A stretch of DNA of 64,000 nucleotides, taken from an uncultured Bacteroidota bacterium. Lineage in GTDB: Bacteria; Bacteroidota; Bacteroidia; Bacteroidales; SZUA-534. Under the pieces are notes generated by a model. The model made no database searches, had not been told where the DNA came from, and worked only from the letters and a program-made list of their open reading frames with translations. Positions 62,058-64,000 of the stretch are shown piece after piece. Each line of letters starts with the position of its first letter. Positions within the stretch are counted from its first letter, which is position 1. The stretch is from NCBI GenBank assembly GCA_946414435.1, contig CAMKOM010000009.1, forward strand, positions 17,277 to 81,276. The letters are read 5' to 3'. The position numbers and the translations under genes are program-made.

Positions 62058-63449
62058 CTACTTGCTCCTGAATAAATGTACGTAGCCTTTGCGTCGGAAT
62101 GTCTCTTCGTTCCAGCCTTCGGCATAGATGGTGTAGAAGTAGACGCCTGCGGGAGCGTCGCCAAAGCCAAATGTCTTGCCGTCCCAGCCTTCCCAACTGC
62201 CATCGTTGTCTTCGTAACTGTAGATTCTCATGCCCCAGCGGTCGTATATCTTGATTTCGAAGTGGCGTATTGATTTCGGCATTGTCTCATCCGTAAATTT
62301 GAACACAGGGTTGGCGCCGCCTGGTGTGAAGGCGTTCGGAATGTCAGGGTTCTTTGCGATGAACGACGAATCGACATTGATGTATTCTTCTTTCAGCAGG
62401 CGGTCGATGCATTGGTGCTGCTCACCGTCGATGATGTAAATTGGCCCTTTGACGGTTAACGCCACATCGTAACCGTATTTTTCGTTGGGACGTATGTATC
62501 TAATTGAGTCGGGCAGATACTGAGTTGTGATTGAGTCCATCAGCAGAGAATCGGATTCATCACGGCGGCGGTCCACAGGTTTGTAAAAGTGCCAGCACCA
62601 TTCGGTGGCATTTTCTGAACTATCGACAAACTGCACCGCCAGCGGCGCCTGACCCGAGCTGTCGGTCTCTTCTGCAGGAACAAAGCTGCGGGTTGCCGAG
62701 AATTTTGCTTTGACGGCTTTCAAATAGAGGTTCCCGTCGCCATTGTCATCGCCTTCTTCAATTTCGATTTTTTTTGAGCGGCTCTCGCCGTGAGAGTCTT
62801 CAACCGTCAGTTTGTATACAGTAGGTTTAGTAGGGGCTTCGAAAACAGGATTTTTAACCGATGGAATGGATGCGCCCTGCGGTGTGGCTTCCCAGCGGAA
62901 TTTCATAAACTTAATATTGTCGCTGAAATAGGTGAGAGGTTCACCACTTACACGGTCAAAATATTCAAATTCTTCGTCATAGGCCATTGTGGTGCGCAAT
63001 TCCATATTGGTGCAGGTTGAGTTGTAAACGTTTATGGCGCTCACATTGAATTCGTTTTGAAAAACCCATCCGTAAAATACAGTGTCCCATGTGTTTTGGC
63101 TATTGCTGATGGTCACCATGTAGCCGCCTTGCGTGCAGTTGTCCTTGGTCGATTCGGCCACGCCGCTTTCGGTTTTCAGTGCGATGTCGAATTTCGATGT
63201 CCGCTCGTTGTAACTGAACCAACTGAAAGTCAGGTTTGTGCTGTCGGGCACCGATGCCGTAAGGGTGCCTGTGGTGTTGAATCCGCGCGGGTCGGAATAG
63301 TAGACGAAAATCGGGTCGTTGGCAATCGAGTCGGTTTTATAGGAGGTGGTGTCGGACCTGCTGGCGTTGGCCGTTATTTGCGAAAAGGCACTGCCGCCCC
63401 AAAGAATTAGGCCGACGAGTAGCAAAATTGATGGTCCGCGTTTAGTCAT
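62058..63449 (-). CDS. T9SS type B sorting (gliding-motility C-terminal) domain protein
   Basis: The C-terminus IPNAFTPGGANPVFKF...YDRWGMRIY...GVYFYTIYAEG...KGYVHLFR is the CHU_C/type-B sorting domain. I prefer the start MTKRGPSILLLVGLILWGGSAFSQ (63449) over the ORF-track 63494. Confidence 0.7.
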   Translation of the reverse strand: MTKRGPSILLLVGLILWGGSAFSQITANASRSDTTSYKTDSIANDPIFVYYSDPRGFNTTGTLTASVPDSTNLTFSWFSYNERTSKFDIALKTESGVAESTKDNCTQGGYMVTISNSQNTWDTVFYGWVFQNEFNVSAINVYNSTCTNMELRTTMAYDEEFEYFDRVSGEPLTYFSDNIKFMKFRWEATPQGASIPSVKNPVFEAPTKPTVYKLTVEDSHGESRSKKIEIEEGDDNGDGNLYLKAVKAKFSATRSFVPAEETDSSGQAPLAVQFVDSSENATEWCWHFYKPVDRRRDESDSLLMDSITTQYLPDSIRYIRPNEKYGYDVALTVKGPIYIIDGEQHQCIDRLLKEEYINVDSSFIAKNPDIPNAFTPGGANPVFKFTDETMPKSIRHFEIKIYDRWGMRIYSYEDNDGSWEGWDGKTFGFGDAPAGVYFYTIYAEGWNEETFRRKGYVHLFRSK

Positions 63450-63610
63450 CTTGAAAAAAACTTTCGATAGCAATAACTCAAAAATCGAGCGCAATATTAT
63501 ATAAAATTAGGCAAATCGCGCGAATTGCCGTTTTGTTAAAAACTATGTTGCCGACATTCCGTTTCTCTCAACTTTTTTGCGGTAATTTGCCGACGATTGA
63601 AACTGAAGAA

Positions 63611-64000
63611 ATGCAGAACTATCTCGACCAACTGAACGATGTGCAGCGAGCCGCAGTGCAGGCCACGCAAGGCCCGTGCCTGATTGTGGCAGGTGCTGGT
63701 TCGGGCAAGACGCGCGTGCTCACCTACCGCATTGCCCACCTGCTTGCCAACGGCGTGAAACCGTGGAACATTCTTGCGCTGACGTTCACCAACAAGGCCG
63801 CGCGCGAGATGCAGTCGCGTATCGAGTCGCTGGTTGGTGGCTCTGACGCGCAGTCGCTTGTCATGGGCACGTTCCATTCCATCTTCAGCCACATTCTGCG
63901 TATGGAGAGCGCCTGTCTTGGTTTCCCTTCGTCGTACACCATCTACGACACCACCGATTCGAAAAGCCTTATCAAGTCCATTATCAAGGAGATGCGTCTC
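63611..64000 (+). CDS. UvrD/PcrA/Rep-family DNA helicase, N-terminal 130 codons (runs off window end)
   Basis: Own translation from ATG 63611: MQNYLDQLNDVQRAAVQATQGPCLIVAGAGSGKTRVLTYRIAHL...ALTFTNKAAREM (helicase motifs I and Ia). Confidence 0.8.
   Translation, partial: MQNYLDQLNDVQRAAVQATQGPCLIVAGAGSGKTRVLTYRIAHLLANGVKPWNILALTFTNKAAREMQSRIESLVGGSDAQSLVMGTFHSIFSHILRMESACLGFPSSYTIYDTTDSKSLIKSIIKEMRL

Overview
This 64-kb chromosomal window looks like a Bacteroidota (Bacteroidales-type) genome. Supporting signs are a fused SecDF, a fused MurF-Alr, a Rho with a long N-terminal insertion, a T9SS type-B sorting-domain protein, many lipoprotein-type signal peptides, and repeated TAnnTTTG -7 promoter boxes. 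About 58 protein-coding genes are supported, and most are housekeeping (lepB, dapB, tadA, murA, pyrBI, cstA, queH, rlmI, pnuC, miaA, kdsA, mnmE, secDF, rho, murF-alr). I recognised no rRNA, tRNA, CRISPR array, transposase or integrase. Three things stand out. (1) An AT-richer mosaic accessory island (~34.45-42.7 kb) lies between rlmI and a nadR-type ribosylnicotinamide-kinase/pnuC pair. It contains iteron-like boundary repeats and a translationally coupled PD-(D/E)XK nuclease + TPR (+ short CxxC ORF) module of unknown function, which is my best candidate for an undescribed system. It also holds remnants of a type I R-M locus around an intact rhuM, a Fic protein, a three-Cys DUF5131 protein, a DUF4143 AAA ATPase, and a displaced ~88%-identical copy of the kinase gene 3' end. 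(2) Heptanucleotide-phased low-complexity DNA pervades the intergenic regions. This includes two related composite elements in inverted orientation (25.3 kb and 46.1 kb), one carrying a perfect (CCTAAAT)7 microsatellite. (3) A lower-GC glycan-decoration cassette combines a class I/II PLP enzyme, a nucleotidyltransferase and a TagF-like phosphotransferase, next to a GT10-like gene. All functional calls rest on motifs read by eye and on memory of protein families. None has been verified by a database search.
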